A stretch of DNA of 61,587 nt from a virus (Duplodnaviria > Caudoviricetes). A program made the translations under genes and the position numbers. The notes under the pieces are model-generated. The model saw only the letters and a list, made by a program, of their open reading frames with translations. It did not search any database and was not told the origin of the DNA. Shown here one piece after another: positions 45,881 to 56,170 of this stretch (its first letter is position 1; every line of letters begins with the position of its first letter). The stretch lies in IMG/VR virus record IMGVR_UViG_3300024517_000020, positions 1 through 61,587 of that record. The stretch is one strand, 5' to 3'.

Positions 45881-46078
45881 AAACTTACCTAAGTAAGTTG
45901 GTGTTTTATATAAAGGATAGTGAGTTTACGGGACACAATTTCATCATTAACTTTGCTAGAAATAAATTTGCAACAAAGTCAATGATAGAAAAGTGTCCCG
46001 TAAAATATCGTGACTAGGGGGGTTATACTTATTCTCAGTTCTGAGAATGAGAAATCATGGGACACCTAAGTAAGTTTG
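45881..46078. promoter_or_regulatory. Candidate replication origin/operator cluster
   Basis: IR TTTACGGGACAC...GTGTCCCGTAAA (45925-46004), palindrome ATTCTCAG-tt-CTGAGAAT, and direct repeat ACCTAAGTAAGTT. Immediately upstream of the RHH-helicase operon. Confidence 0.6.
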
Positions 46079-46436
46079 ACAAAAGTTAATATATTTCATC
46101 ATTTTATGAAATAATTATGGATTTAATCAAGACATACCTAGATGTATGTGATGCAACATATCAGAATTGGAAAGATGTTGTTACCTCTGTATCAACACAG
46201 ACCCAGACATACTGGCAAACAACCCTACAAAAGTAGGTTATTTTTTACTATAATCTTAAATAGAGTTTTCTAGATTTTATATCAAGTTCGTTGATTAGAT
46301 TAAATTCGTCACGAACCAAACCCTTCAAGGTAAAAGAATGTTGATACATCATTACCTTTAAATAATTATAAAATAATATAGAATTGAATATTGAGATTGC
46401 GTTGATATTCCATTTACACCGATAGAATGAAGCCCT

Positions 46437-47069
46437 CTATCGGGTCATTTTTGGTTTTTTTTGGTTACAGGTCTTGCATAGTATTTGTAAAACAGCATTT
46501 TTTTCATGAAATTTTTTCCATTTTGTTTCAAATTCATAATCAATCGGCAAAAATTTATCTGAAAATCTTGAAAAATTATTAGTTTTTTGAAAAGAAGTTG
46601 GTATAACTTTTTGTGTTTTTAAAAATGAATTATATAACTCAGTGAATTGTGGGGTATCATGGTCAACTTCTAGATTATTTTTGTTTCCACATTGTTGACA
46701 TATTTGGGGTGAATTATCTTTGAAATATATTATTTGACTGTGTATGGATTCCCTCATAGATATTTGTAACTTGTTTTTTGGTCTTTTGGTAACACATCTA
46801 TTAAGAACTGATACACTTTCATTAACCCCATTTTTAATAATAAATACTTCTAAACATTTGAATCGTTTCCCTATTGTTATATCACTCATATTAACAAATT
46901 TTTGAGGGTATTCAGGGTGTCTTTTAAACAAAGTTATAAAAAAATCATATTCTGATTTGTTATATTTTTTTAAAGAATTACATATACCTATTTTATTTAT
47001 TTTCTCACGAATTAATTCTTTCAATTCTTTTTGAGTTAGGTTATCGAATATCATAATTACATTCAACAC
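46437..47069 (-). CDS. HNH-like nuclease with DUF3223/DCL-like N-terminal domain
   Basis: LFKRHPEYPQK and CQQCG...LEVDH...LCKTCN. Confidence 0.6.
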   Translation of the reverse strand: MLNVIMIFDNLTQKELKELIREKINKIGICNSLKKYNKSEYDFFITLFKRHPEYPQKFVNMSDITIGKRFKCLEVFIIKNGVNESVSVLNRCVTKRPKNKLQISMRESIHSQIIYFKDNSPQICQQCGNKNNLEVDHDTPQFTELYNSFLKTQKVIPTSFQKTNNFSRFSDKFLPIDYEFETKWKKFHEKNAVLQILCKTCNQKKPKMTR

Positions 47070-47128
47070 ATGGATAGTTCATTATTCTTTGCTTACATCT
47101 TTTACAGGTCTTGGCGTTTACAGACAGG

Positions 47129-47347
47129 TTAAACCAACTCATAGTAATTAAAACACCCCGAACATCTTAATTTATTTTTAAATTTATCAGGTCTGATATT
47201 TTTGGTTTTGAATCTATTAGGATAATAATCAGGGGGATATACTAATGTAATATATCTACATATCATACATTTTCTTAATGGTTTATCACAATAACAATAA
47301 AAACATGGGTATTCTTCTATTATTTTTTTACAACCAACACATTTCAT
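47129..47347 (-). CDS. Cys-rich small protein
   Basis: Four CxxC pairs. Confidence 0.55.
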   Translation of the reverse strand: MKCVGCKKIIEEYPCFYCYCDKPLRKCMICRYITLVYPPDYYPNRFKTKNIRPDKFKNKLRCSGCFNYYELV

Positions 47348-47428
47348 TTCTCATGTGCCTCATGGGTACAGTTGCAACGATAGGTACATTGTCTGTCTTG
47401 GTGTGTACCGTTTTGGCAGGGTAGGCAG

Positions 47429-48544
47429 TTACACTTCATATTCTTTTACCAATTCCTTTATTCTTTCTTGTTGATTTGTTGTAAGTGTATCAAATTCATC
47501 TTTTGTCATGTATGTTTTTAATACTTTGATAGACTCTTTTAATCTGTCAGGGTTTTCTGTACCGTCTGCTATTGTTTGTTTTAATATCTTAAAATTCTGT
47601 TTAAGCATACCGAACCCTTCGTTTGTTGGGTCTTTTGCCAATCTAATTTCCCAGTATTTATGGGCTGGACAACTTGCACAACCCATTCGTTCCATATCAT
47701 GTGCCTTGTATGCTGGGTTTTTTGGTATGTTATATCGTTTGTAATATTCCTGTGTATCTTCCATAGTCCAAAATGACAACGGTGTTACAGCTCTCATTGG
47801 ATAGTTTACAAATGTCTTTAGTATTGAGGTTCTACATTTTTGTAATACTGCCAATGCCCTCATGTGTGATTCTTCTGCCCTAGTTCCTATGAATTGTAGG
47901 TCATATCTTTCTTCTTTTGGCAGGGATTTTAGATAACTTTTCATGGTGGCTTTCTTTAGAATATTACAACATTCAGGCGTAGCACCCCTACTTCCTTGTT
48001 TGTCTTCTTTCTTTCCACCCCCACTTCTAAAACTAGGCAAGTGTCCAACTTTCTTTGCAATAGACCATACTGTAAACATATTGCCTTTTTCATCAGTTGG
48101 GGGTTTCAATATTTTCACCTTATCTGATATACCCCATAACTTAATCATGTCAGCCCAGTATTGTTTTTCTTCCTTGAATGTGTTTAACGTGTCATTAAGA
48201 AACATATCAGGATATTCCACACCCATATTTTTACAAGCCCTCATAACTAAGTGCATTAACACCATGCTGTCAGAACCAAAACTTGTTGCTATGTATGGCT
48301 TCTTGTATATTTTCAAATGATTTTCTATTAATTCTAATGAGTCTTGTTCTTTTTCCTCAAATGTTTTGGCTTGATTATAATACAATTCAAATGGATATAA
48401 AATGAATGTTTTTGCTGAAAGAGATTTTTCCTTTTTTTCCATTGACTGTGCATGGAATTTTTCTCTTGCTTCTTTATCGAATTTTTTTAACGGGTCATTC
48501 TCGTCACCCCTTAGATGAGCATATTTGTAAACCATACAATACAA
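47429..48544 (-). CDS. PAPS reductase-family (adenine nucleotide alpha hydrolase, Fe-S) protein
   Basis: PP-loop SFGSDS, DT motif, ECCNILKK, GTRAEES..R and RMGCASCP. Confidence 0.88.
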   Translation of the reverse strand: MYCMVYKYAHLRGDENDPLKKFDKEAREKFHAQSMEKKEKSLSAKTFILYPFELYYNQAKTFEEKEQDSLELIENHLKIYKKPYIATSFGSDSMVLMHLVMRACKNMGVEYPDMFLNDTLNTFKEEKQYWADMIKLWGISDKVKILKPPTDEKGNMFTVWSIAKKVGHLPSFRSGGGKKEDKQGSRGATPECCNILKKATMKSYLKSLPKEERYDLQFIGTRAEESHMRALAVLQKCRTSILKTFVNYPMRAVTPLSFWTMEDTQEYYKRYNIPKNPAYKAHDMERMGCASCPAHKYWEIRLAKDPTNEGFGMLKQNFKILKQTIADGTENPDRLKESIKVLKTYMTKDEFDTLTTNQQERIKELVKEYEV

Positions 48545-48568
48545 TATAATTTTCTATACTTAAATGTT

Positions 48569-48692
48569 GCGAGGTATCAATGAGGTCAAAGGGGATTAAG
48601 ACGGGTATAATCCCAAAAACCTTGCCGTACTTTTAGACTGAGGGGTAAAGACCCGACTGAGTGTCCCTTATGGTACGGTTCTAGCCTCTAGG
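48569..48692 (-). ncRNA. Candidate structured non-coding RNA
   Basis: GC-enriched intergenic island with several nested stems and a TATA-like box upstream at ~48703-48722. Confidence 0.4.
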
Positions 48693-48722
48693 ATTATACT
48701 AGGTATATAGAAATATATATAT

Positions 48723-49064
48723 TTATCTTTTCTTGAGTGTCATTTTTCTTTCCTTTGCAAGAGCATTGAACTTTTTGTCACCAAATCGTAAGAATCTTTC
48801 CAGTGTTTGATGGCATGTGTTGCACAGGTATCTGAACCGCTTGGAATTTGCCCTGATAAGGGGGGTTAATTGAGTGTAATATTGTATGCTTCCTTTCAAC
48901 CCTTTTGGAAACTGGTCATACGTCACATCATTTTTGATGTACCATATATGATGAACCGTCATTCCCTTGCGTGACCATTGAGTGCCACACAAATAACATT
49001 TACCGCCAAAATATTTTTCACCAATCTTCTTTTTTAAAAATTTTATCTCATCTTTTTGATTCAC
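48723..49064 (-). CDS. HNH-like protein
   Basis: CYLCG...TVHH...LCNTCH. Confidence 0.65.
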   Translation of the reverse strand: MNQKDEIKFLKKKIGEKYFGGKCYLCGTQWSRKGMTVHHIWYIKNDVTYDQFPKGLKGSIQYYTQLTPLIRANSKRFRYLCNTCHQTLERFLRFGDKKFNALAKERKMTLKKR

Positions 49065-49548
49065 AGGTTAAACATTCCCACATTCCGTTGTCATTAAGTG
49101 TTCCCTCAATATTGCTTGAGAAACAGTTTCCACAAAGCCCTTTCATAGTAGGGGATAATTCCCCTACCTAATTAACTAAGCGGTAGCCAACCACCTTGTC
49201 CAGCAAATAAACCGACAAGTATTAACACACACAATTTGCATAGTTGCTTCCACAGATGCCGCACTTGATGTGGGCGTGTTTGTAATGTTCTGGGTAATGT
49301 TCTTCACAAAGAACCTTTTTACTTTCCCAAAAAGTGTTACAGTCCTTTCTTAAAGTCCCAGTCTTTCCGCACTTATGCAACTCTTTTCCGTATTCACCTT
49401 TTAATTTGTGTTCACAAGTGGTGTCCCTTTGAAATGGTTGACACTGGCATGGCGGTGAACCACATTCACAATTAGTCAATAGAAATCCTGTCCACATGCT
49501 TTACATTTAATATTACCAAAATGATTGTCTGCTTCACAGCACATACAT

Positions 49549-49830
49549 TTAATTCTCTTTGTCATTCTCGCACCTTATATTATGTTCCTTAGACCACTTG
49601 ACTAAAAAGTATATCTTTATCGAAAACCCAACTATTGAAATTGACAGAAACAAAAAGTTCTGATACAAAAGCATTGAGGGAAATGCAAACAAGGGAACCA
49701 CCGTAAGTCCAAGTGCCAAGTTCAAAAGGAATCCAGACCGTAGTTTGCCTATTCTGTACCATGCGTAGTACCCTGCAACTGGTATGAAGAATAATAATAA
49801 TTGGGTGCTAAGTTTAACTGGTTTCATCAT
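49549..49830 (-). CDS. Small membrane protein
   Basis: Three hydrophobic segments. Confidence 0.65.
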   Translation of the reverse strand: MMKPVKLSTQLLLFFIPVAGYYAWYRIGKLRSGFLLNLALGLTVVPLFAFPSMLLYQNFLFLSISIVGFSIKIYFLVKWSKEHNIRCENDKEN

Positions 49831-50195
49831 GGCTTATATTTTCCCAAACGGTATCGCTTCAATATACTTTCATCAACACCCTTGTTCTTGTAAACCTCGT
49901 TTAAAAAATCCAGCAACATTTGACCGCCTCTGTATCTTGGGGGTGGGTAAATTCTATCCTCGTTTTCACACAATGCCTGAACAATTTCAGCAACTTCAAT
50001 GAATGTAACCTGAACACCGTTCCAGATTATTTTTTTATCACCCTCACCTTTTACACCGTCCTTGTATTGTATCTTTGATTCTTCAGCTTGACGAGCTTTG
50101 ATTTCTGCGATTGCTTTGTATTTCCACAAGTCACCCATCTTCTTCGTCCTCGTCTTGCTGGTCTGATTTTTTAGAAAAAAAGATAGAAGTGTCAC
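49827..50195 (-). CDS. Hypothetical protein (start likely ~50138)
   Basis: ORF coupled to the downstream gene. Confidence 0.6.
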   Translation of the reverse strand: MTLLSFFLKNQTSKTRTKKMGDLWKYKAIAEIKARQAEESKIQYKDGVKGEGDKKIIWNGVQVTFIEVAEIVQALCENEDRIYPPPRYRGGQMLLDFLNEVYKNKGVDESILKRYRLGKYKP

Positions 50196-50228
50196 TCATT
50201 TGTGACATTCTAAATGGGGTGTAACACA

Positions 50229-50708
50229 TTATGCTTTAACCCTGATTGCATTATTTCCCTTGATGTTTTCAACGAATACACCAACGGATTTTCCAATCCA
50301 AGTATTAGATTCGTCACCGAAACTATCAATTAAGAAATTGATGTTTTGTAGATTGAGAGTCCATGTATGCTCTGATGCTACACCGTTTTTCAATACTTTA
50401 ACGGTACATCTTGGCTTCATACCAAAGTTAGTAGATTGTTCTTTTACTTCCGTAATGATTTCAAATCTAACACCTTCAATACCAGCCAAGTCGTTTCCGC
50501 TTATGTATTCAGATTCTTGTTTTTCAAATTTTGCCATTTTTTCTATTTCACCTTCCTGTGAGTTTGTTGTAACCTCACTTTTATTGTTGTCCACTAATTC
50601 TTTAATGGTCGAATCATTAGGAAATAACTGACTGAGGCTTTCTTTGACTCTGGGGTCAGAGTTCACTAAATTTCCCAGATAGTTTTCCAAGACTCGTTTC
50701 AAGGTCAT
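50229..50708 (-). CDS. Putative OB-fold/ssDNA-binding-like protein (internal start 50537)
   Basis: WTLNLQN...GDESNTWIGK. Homolog of 14534-14920. GGAAGGTGA SD precedes the internal ATG. Confidence 0.6.
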   Translation of the reverse strand: MTLKRVLENYLGNLVNSDPRVKESLSQLFPNDSTIKELVDNNKSEVTTNSQEGEIEKMAKFEKQESEYISGNDLAGIEGVRFEIITEVKEQSTNFGMKPRCTVKVLKNGVASEHTWTLNLQNINFLIDSFGDESNTWIGKSVGVFVENIKGNNAIRVKA

Positions 50709-50854
50709 TATATCCTACCCTTCAGATATTCTCTCAAAGCTATATTGACTATCGCCTTGACCTTGAGGTCGTCACGCTTACATAGTGTGTGAATATCTGC
50801 GAGTACCTCGTTGCTCACTGCGACAGTTGAGCCATTGTTATTTTCTGACAACAT
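50708..50854 (-). CDS. Ribbon-helix-helix regulator, 48 aa
   Basis: Below cutoff. STVAVSNEVLADIHTLCKRDDLKVKAIVNIALREYL. TAATG-coupled to the next gene. Confidence 0.65.
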   Translation of the reverse strand: MLSENNNGSTVAVSNEVLADIHTLCKRDDLKVKAIVNIALREYLKGRI

Positions 50855-50887
50855 GTAGTATAGAATACTTTGGATTAATATATCTTT

Positions 50888-53800
50888 CTACATCAATTTA
50901 ATTTTTGTAGATTTGGATTTTTTACGCTTGGTTGTTTTCTTTTTAGACTTGGATTCAAATCCAGCAAATTCGTCCTTTGATTTTTTACCAAACATACTTT
51001 TCTTTTTCTTCTTGGTCTTTAGCAAACCTGAAGACGGAAGTGCAATTCTGTTTTTAGTTCCAGCCGTCAATCTCATGTCCTGTCTTTCTAACTTTGTAAC
51101 TTTCTTTTGACCGTATGTAATTTCTTTTCTCTTATACATACCTACAACGTTGTCAAGTCTGACATTACCAATGAACCCAGCCTTCTTTCCACGCTTTCTT
51201 TTTCTTTTTTCTATTTGTGGGTTTGGTGTGTCATAAAATAATGTACCAGCACCTTTTCTCTTTGTAGTTTTTTGTATTGTTGGCAACTTCATTTGTGCAA
51301 CTGCCTGAACTTGTGCTGTCTTTGCAACTACGGCTGTTATAGCAGACTGACTTTGAACTGCTCTAAGTCTTTGTGCTTGTTTAATCTTAGGTTGTTGTTT
51401 GGTTTTTTGTTTTGTCAACTGTGCAGTTTCTTGTACCAAACCAGTTCCAGTTTTCTGACTTACAGTAGGTGTGATAATTTGTTTTATCTTTGGTGAAACC
51501 TTTGGTGGTTTAACACTAGCCTTAACTTTTGGCACTTGTATCTGTGCTGGTTTTGCTACTGCACTTTGACCCAGTTTGATTTTGGTTTCTTGGAATGTAT
51601 CAAGTTTTGTTCTTTGAACAGTTGACCCCTCTTTACTGTCAACTATCTTATCACCTTTTTGTATTTTAGGTTCTTCAAACTTTTTTACGTTTATTCTATT
51701 GGTTGTAACACCAACAACATCAGGTTTGCTAGACATTCCTTTAACATCTTTTATGTTAGAGATACCACCACCTTTACCCAAATCAACATTTGTTTTGGTG
51801 AAACTACTGCCGACACCCGTTGTACCAATGCCTGAACCCAGTTCAACCCTAGTTCCCTGAAAAGTCTTACCAGTTGACTTTGACTCACCAATAAATGCAT
51901 GATACTTTTCTTTTGGTGGTTCGTCAACACCTTTTGGTACGGTAGGTTTTTTGTTTAATGGTGCTTTGTCTGCCATTTCTCTAAGAAGGTTTGACTCTTT
52001 CATGGTCTGTGCGAAAGCCTTTTTGTCAACTGGAATCTTTCCCTTGCTTACACCGTAAAGTATTGTTTCATCTTTTGGTTTTATCTTTCCACTTTGGGCT
52101 TCATACGTTGTAGGGTTTCTGCTTTCCAATGACTGTTTTAACTGACCAGCCTTCTTGCCACCCCCGAAATAATCAGTCCCCTTCATTACAGTCTTCTTTC
52201 CAACTTCTTCAATCTGTTCTTCTTCTACCATATCATCAATTAGTTTCAAGTTCTTTTTGCCAGTAAGTTTTGCACCAGTGACTATTGTGTCAACTTGTCT
52301 TACTGGACTTCCCTTGAACTTTATCTTGCCACCAGCCACCTCAGAATATTTTAACTGACCTTTGATTGTTGATTCACTTGTTGAAGTCTTGTAATCTTGA
52401 AGTCTTGTTCTTGTTCCAGTTATCTCAGGCTTTTCAAATCCCCTGTAATTGACACCCTCGCCTTGCAATTCGGCTTTGGGTCTTTTGACACCCTTGACCA
52501 AATCACCAGTAGTATCTGAATAAAATGTAACCTCGTCAATGTTTGTCTTGTATTGTTTTGTACTGACTTTTGTTTTGTACAACGTGGTTGATTTAATTCT
52601 GTCAAGAACTGTCGGTGTCTGAAGTTTTGGAATACTTCTTTTGCCAATATCTTCAACCTTGACCAAATCATCAGGAAATGGTTTTCCACTTGTAGTTGCC
52701 TTACTGTCATATAATTCAGGGAATGGTTTTTTCTCTTTTGGCTGATTCTTCAAAACCAATTCTGTTTTTTTGGTAGGTTCAAACACATCAGATTTGAACG
52801 GGGTTTCTTTTGGCATATCATATTGTGTTGTTTTCATTTTGCCTCTTGTTGCAAACCCTACAACATTTTCATTTTCAAACATGGCAACTTGTTTGTTAAG
52901 GAACTGTGGCTTTGCACCTATCTCACCAGCAATATCAGTTGACTGTCTTACAAACATTCTGCCTGAAGGTGTCATAATGAAATTAGCCTTAGCACCAAAT
53001 CCGACACGACTTCCCTGAAACATTGTCGCAGTATCGTATGGCTTTACAATTCCCTGACGTACTACCTGTTGTGGTATTGTAAATGACGGCATACCATATT
53101 TTGTTCCTGTGGGAATCGTACCGTAAGCATAAACGGAACTTCCAATTCTGCTTGGAATTGCTGACACCTTTGCACCAGTTCGTTGAATTGCTTGACCAGT
53201 GCCCATCATAGCCATAGTTGGAACCTTGACTATTGTTGGTGCATTACCTTGAATTATTTTGTTGCCAAGTTTTGCAGTTGTACTTACACCATAACTGACA
53301 CCTTTTACACCATAAGTTATTGCCTTACCACCCATGAAACCTGTGACAACTGCACTTGGTATTTCAGCCACAGCCCTGAATGGATTTTCTACAACATAGT
53401 CAGCAAATCCAGTTACCCCTGTACCTTTTAATGGTGTACCTGACATAACATCAGTGATGGTACCACCGATTAACTTGTCTTCGGCAGTTGCCAACATTGG
53501 AACTTGTTTGTCTTCAGGCTGTGTCAGGTTGTAAACAGTTTTAAGAATATTGTAAGACGGTGTGATAACATATCCAGCACCAAGTCTTATATCATCAGAC
53601 CATGTTTCAGTTTTACTTGGGTGTATAACTTCGCCTGAGTCAACTGCTGGTGCATAATTATATTTATTCCACAAGTCATTATCAGTTCCAGAGAATACTT
53701 TCTCTTGACTTTTCTTAAACAAAACTGCTTCTTCCCTAGTCTTAAAGTCAGAGGTGTACTCAACACCTTTTTTCTGTACCGTCACAGTCCAAGTTGTACC

Positions 53801-55501
53801 CATGTCTTTGTTGACCTGATTTGCGATAGGGTCAAATCCCCAAACATCAGTTTCTTTCTTTGTCAACAATTCATTCTTTGTTAATGTAACAGTTCCCACT
53901 GAAGGAACGTATGACGAATCTTTTGCAAAAAAAGAGTCGATAGGCTTTGGGTCAAATGCAGCTACACGTTGTTGTGCCAGTTTCCTTTGGTTTATTTCAT
54001 TAGAGTCAGCCCTACTCATTTGATAAGGCTGGTTTGTTTTTCCAATGAATCCTTTGTCTGCCAATCTCAAATCGCCCATGTCACCTGAAGTTTTTGCCTG
54101 TGCCCTAGCCTTTTCAAGCTTCTCAGAATAGTCGGGCTTGAACATGGAGTCGGGTGCGGTCTTTGCAGTAAGACCACGTTCCTTTAGGAAGGTTCCAAGA
54201 TTGACAGTTGAAGTGCCCTTGTAACTTTGAGTAGTCTGAGGATTTGTCAGTGCGGTTGCAATACCAATATTACCAGCACGAAGTTCCTTGACATATTCTT
54301 GTTGTCGTCTATTTGATAATTCAATCTCTCTTTGTTTAATAATAATTGGCATGACCTGTGCAGTAACATCAGTGCCGTCTTTTTCATAGACTTTCATTGT
54401 ATCACCTTTAGAAACTTTATACGACTTGGTTCCAAGCAAACCACCAGTCATATCTGACAGTGCTGTAAGTTGGTCTGCTTTTTTAATTTCAGGTGATGTG
54501 GCATAAGTTGAAGCCATAGCGGAACTGGATAATTTTTCTTTTGCCGACATTGAACCGTAGGCACTTGCGACATTCTTCTTTGCCTGAGCTCTTGAGGCTT
54601 GGTAATCCGCTTCTAATCCACCAGTTTTGTCTAAGATACCACGAAAAACTTGGTCACGGGCTTTTCCTGATTGTGAAACCATACCAGCTCTTGAAATAGT
54701 TTTAACATCTGCTAGTGTCATGTGTGTGTACATACCACCCCTTGATTGATAACTTGCTAATGCTCTTTTATAATAACTTTCGTGAAAACTGACACCTAAA
54801 CCAGCCCTTGATGAGCTTATTATAATATCCCCCTTTCCCAATGCCACACCTACTGAACCATAATGAATTGATTTACCAACATATTTATTTTTACCACTTC
54901 CAGCACCCTTCATCTCTAGTTGATACGCATCCTCTCTAACCTGTGCTTCTGCATCAAGTCTAGCCTTTTCATCAGCCACCCTTTTTGCTTCTGCTTTTTG
55001 CTCTGTAACTATCGCAGTTTGAAATCCAGTGATTAATTCTTCTTGTTTTTTTGTTTCTGCAACTTTAGCCTTTTCTGCCTTTGTTTCAACTGCTTCTGAC
55101 TCGGCAACTGCACTGGCGTATAACTGTGGCATTTGTTTGTCTAAAACCTGTATAGTTTCCTTTGCCTTTTGCTGTTTCTTTATTTCGGCAGTATAACTGT
55201 CAACGTGTTTATGTTCTTCACTATGTTCAGGACTTGATATGTTTGCTTTGATATATTGTGCTTCAAGTAATCTTTCCTTGTAGTATGGGTCAGTAGGAAT
55301 TTCTTCAGGAAGTTTACTTCTCGCAGTTCCCCTTTTTGATTTGGCTTCTTGGTAAGCACTTTTGGCTTCATAAGTTTGACCTTCATAAACTTCAATCTGT
55401 GCTTGGGCTATTTCACCAGCCTGTTTTGCTTTGGCTTCGGCATATTGTTTTTCTAAGTTTTTTTCCTTAGCGGTTTTAGCCATCTGTTTTACAATACACA
55501 C
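50888..55501 (-). CDS. Very large basic low-complexity protein (putative virion/DNA-delivery protein; start likely 55483)
   Basis: 1537-aa ORF. Same architecture as 18160-21039. Confidence 0.82.
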   Translation of the reverse strand: MCIVKQMAKTAKEKNLEKQYAEAKAKQAGEIAQAQIEVYEGQTYEAKSAYQEAKSKRGTARSKLPEEIPTDPYYKERLLEAQYIKANISSPEHSEEHKHVDSYTAEIKKQQKAKETIQVLDKQMPQLYASAVAESEAVETKAEKAKVAETKKQEELITGFQTAIVTEQKAEAKRVADEKARLDAEAQVREDAYQLEMKGAGSGKNKYVGKSIHYGSVGVALGKGDIIISSSRAGLGVSFHESYYKRALASYQSRGGMYTHMTLADVKTISRAGMVSQSGKARDQVFRGILDKTGGLEADYQASRAQAKKNVASAYGSMSAKEKLSSSAMASTYATSPEIKKADQLTALSDMTGGLLGTKSYKVSKGDTMKVYEKDGTDVTAQVMPIIIKQREIELSNRRQQEYVKELRAGNIGIATALTNPQTTQSYKGTSTVNLGTFLKERGLTAKTAPDSMFKPDYSEKLEKARAQAKTSGDMGDLRLADKGFIGKTNQPYQMSRADSNEINQRKLAQQRVAAFDPKPIDSFFAKDSSYVPSVGTVTLTKNELLTKKETDVWGFDPIANQVNKDMGTTWTVTVQKKGVEYTSDFKTREEAVLFKKSQEKVFSGTDNDLWNKYNYAPAVDSGEVIHPSKTETWSDDIRLGAGYVITPSYNILKTVYNLTQPEDKQVPMLATAEDKLIGGTITDVMSGTPLKGTGVTGFADYVVENPFRAVAEIPSAVVTGFMGGKAITYGVKGVSYGVSTTAKLGNKIIQGNAPTIVKVPTMAMMGTGQAIQRTGAKVSAIPSRIGSSVYAYGTIPTGTKYGMPSFTIPQQVVRQGIVKPYDTATMFQGSRVGFGAKANFIMTPSGRMFVRQSTDIAGEIGAKPQFLNKQVAMFENENVVGFATRGKMKTTQYDMPKETPFKSDVFEPTKKTELVLKNQPKEKKPFPELYDSKATTSGKPFPDDLVKVEDIGKRSIPKLQTPTVLDRIKSTTLYKTKVSTKQYKTNIDEVTFYSDTTGDLVKGVKRPKAELQGEGVNYRGFEKPEITGTRTRLQDYKTSTSESTIKGQLKYSEVAGGKIKFKGSPVRQVDTIVTGAKLTGKKNLKLIDDMVEEEQIEEVGKKTVMKGTDYFGGGKKAGQLKQSLESRNPTTYEAQSGKIKPKDETILYGVSKGKIPVDKKAFAQTMKESNLLREMADKAPLNKKPTVPKGVDEPPKEKYHAFIGESKSTGKTFQGTRVELGSGIGTTGVGSSFTKTNVDLGKGGGISNIKDVKGMSSKPDVVGVTTNRINVKKFEEPKIQKGDKIVDSKEGSTVQRTKLDTFQETKIKLGQSAVAKPAQIQVPKVKASVKPPKVSPKIKQIITPTVSQKTGTGLVQETAQLTKQKTKQQPKIKQAQRLRAVQSQSAITAVVAKTAQVQAVAQMKLPTIQKTTKRKGAGTLFYDTPNPQIEKRKRKRGKKAGFIGNVRLDNVVGMYKRKEITYGQKKVTKLERQDMRLTAGTKNRIALPSSGLLKTKKKKKSMFGKKSKDEFAGFESKSKKKTTKRKKSKSTKIKLM

Positions 55502-55549
55502 TAAGTTAATTAATGTTATTTATATAGCAGAAAGACATTCAAAATTTGA

Positions 55550-55912
55550 ATGGCTGACATTAGTATAATCGAGTTTGCAGTTTACGCCTTTATTGCTTAT
55601 ACTGGTATGTTGATGTTGATAATTTCAACCATTCGTGAAGCACCACAAACCAAATCACAATCATTTACCCGTGCCATGTATCTTATACCATCAATAGTTT
55701 GTGCCTTCTTACTGGCTGGTATGGGGGAAACTGTTGGGTTATACGATGTAACCACCACAGGAATTGAACAAGGTGGCAACACACAGATGAATGAAAGTTA
55801 TTTTGTAACATTGATTAATCCAATTTGGATAACTGTCAACTTTATGTTTGGTATTCTAATGACGTTCCACTTTATCATGCAGACTTTACAGTTGTTATTG
55901 TTTAGAGAATAG
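55550..55912 (+). CDS. Three-TM membrane protein
   Basis: Hydrophobic; counterpart of 3707-4045. Confidence 0.75.
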   Translation: MADISIIEFAVYAFIAYTGMLMLIISTIREAPQTKSQSFTRAMYLIPSIVCAFLLAGMGETVGLYDVTTTGIEQGGNTQMNESYFVTLINPIWITVNFMFGILMTFHFIMQTLQLLLFRE

Positions 55913-55951
55913 TTTAGTCCTCAGTAAGCCAAGCCCATTCAGGTCTTTCTT
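55913..55951. repeat. 39-bp direct repeat, copy 1
   Basis: TTTAGTCCTCAGTAAGCCAAGCCCATTCAGGTCTTTCTT, repeated at 56171-56209. Confidence 0.92.
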
Positions 55952-55983
55952 GGTGTGCCTGTTAGTTTCATAATGGAGTTCCA

Positions 55984-56169
55984 TCATTCTAATTGTTTTA
56001 TTCTTGCTCGTAGTTGTATAATTTCATCTTGCATACCTAAGATATAATCTGCTATATCCCTACTCCTTTCTTTTGGGTTTATACTTATGGTTAATTCATC
56101 ATCTAATAGAATGTCATAATCCTCATCTATATCTTCCCAGTTGGTGAATCTATCCTTAGTTAGTTTCAT
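55984..56169 (-). CDS. Small acidic hypothetical protein between direct repeats
   Basis: GAGGA SD-like motif within the upstream repeat. Confidence 0.55.
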   Translation of the reverse strand: MKLTKDRFTNWEDIDEDYDILLDDELTISINPKERSRDIADYILGMQDEIIQLRARIKQLE

Positions 56170-56170
56170 T

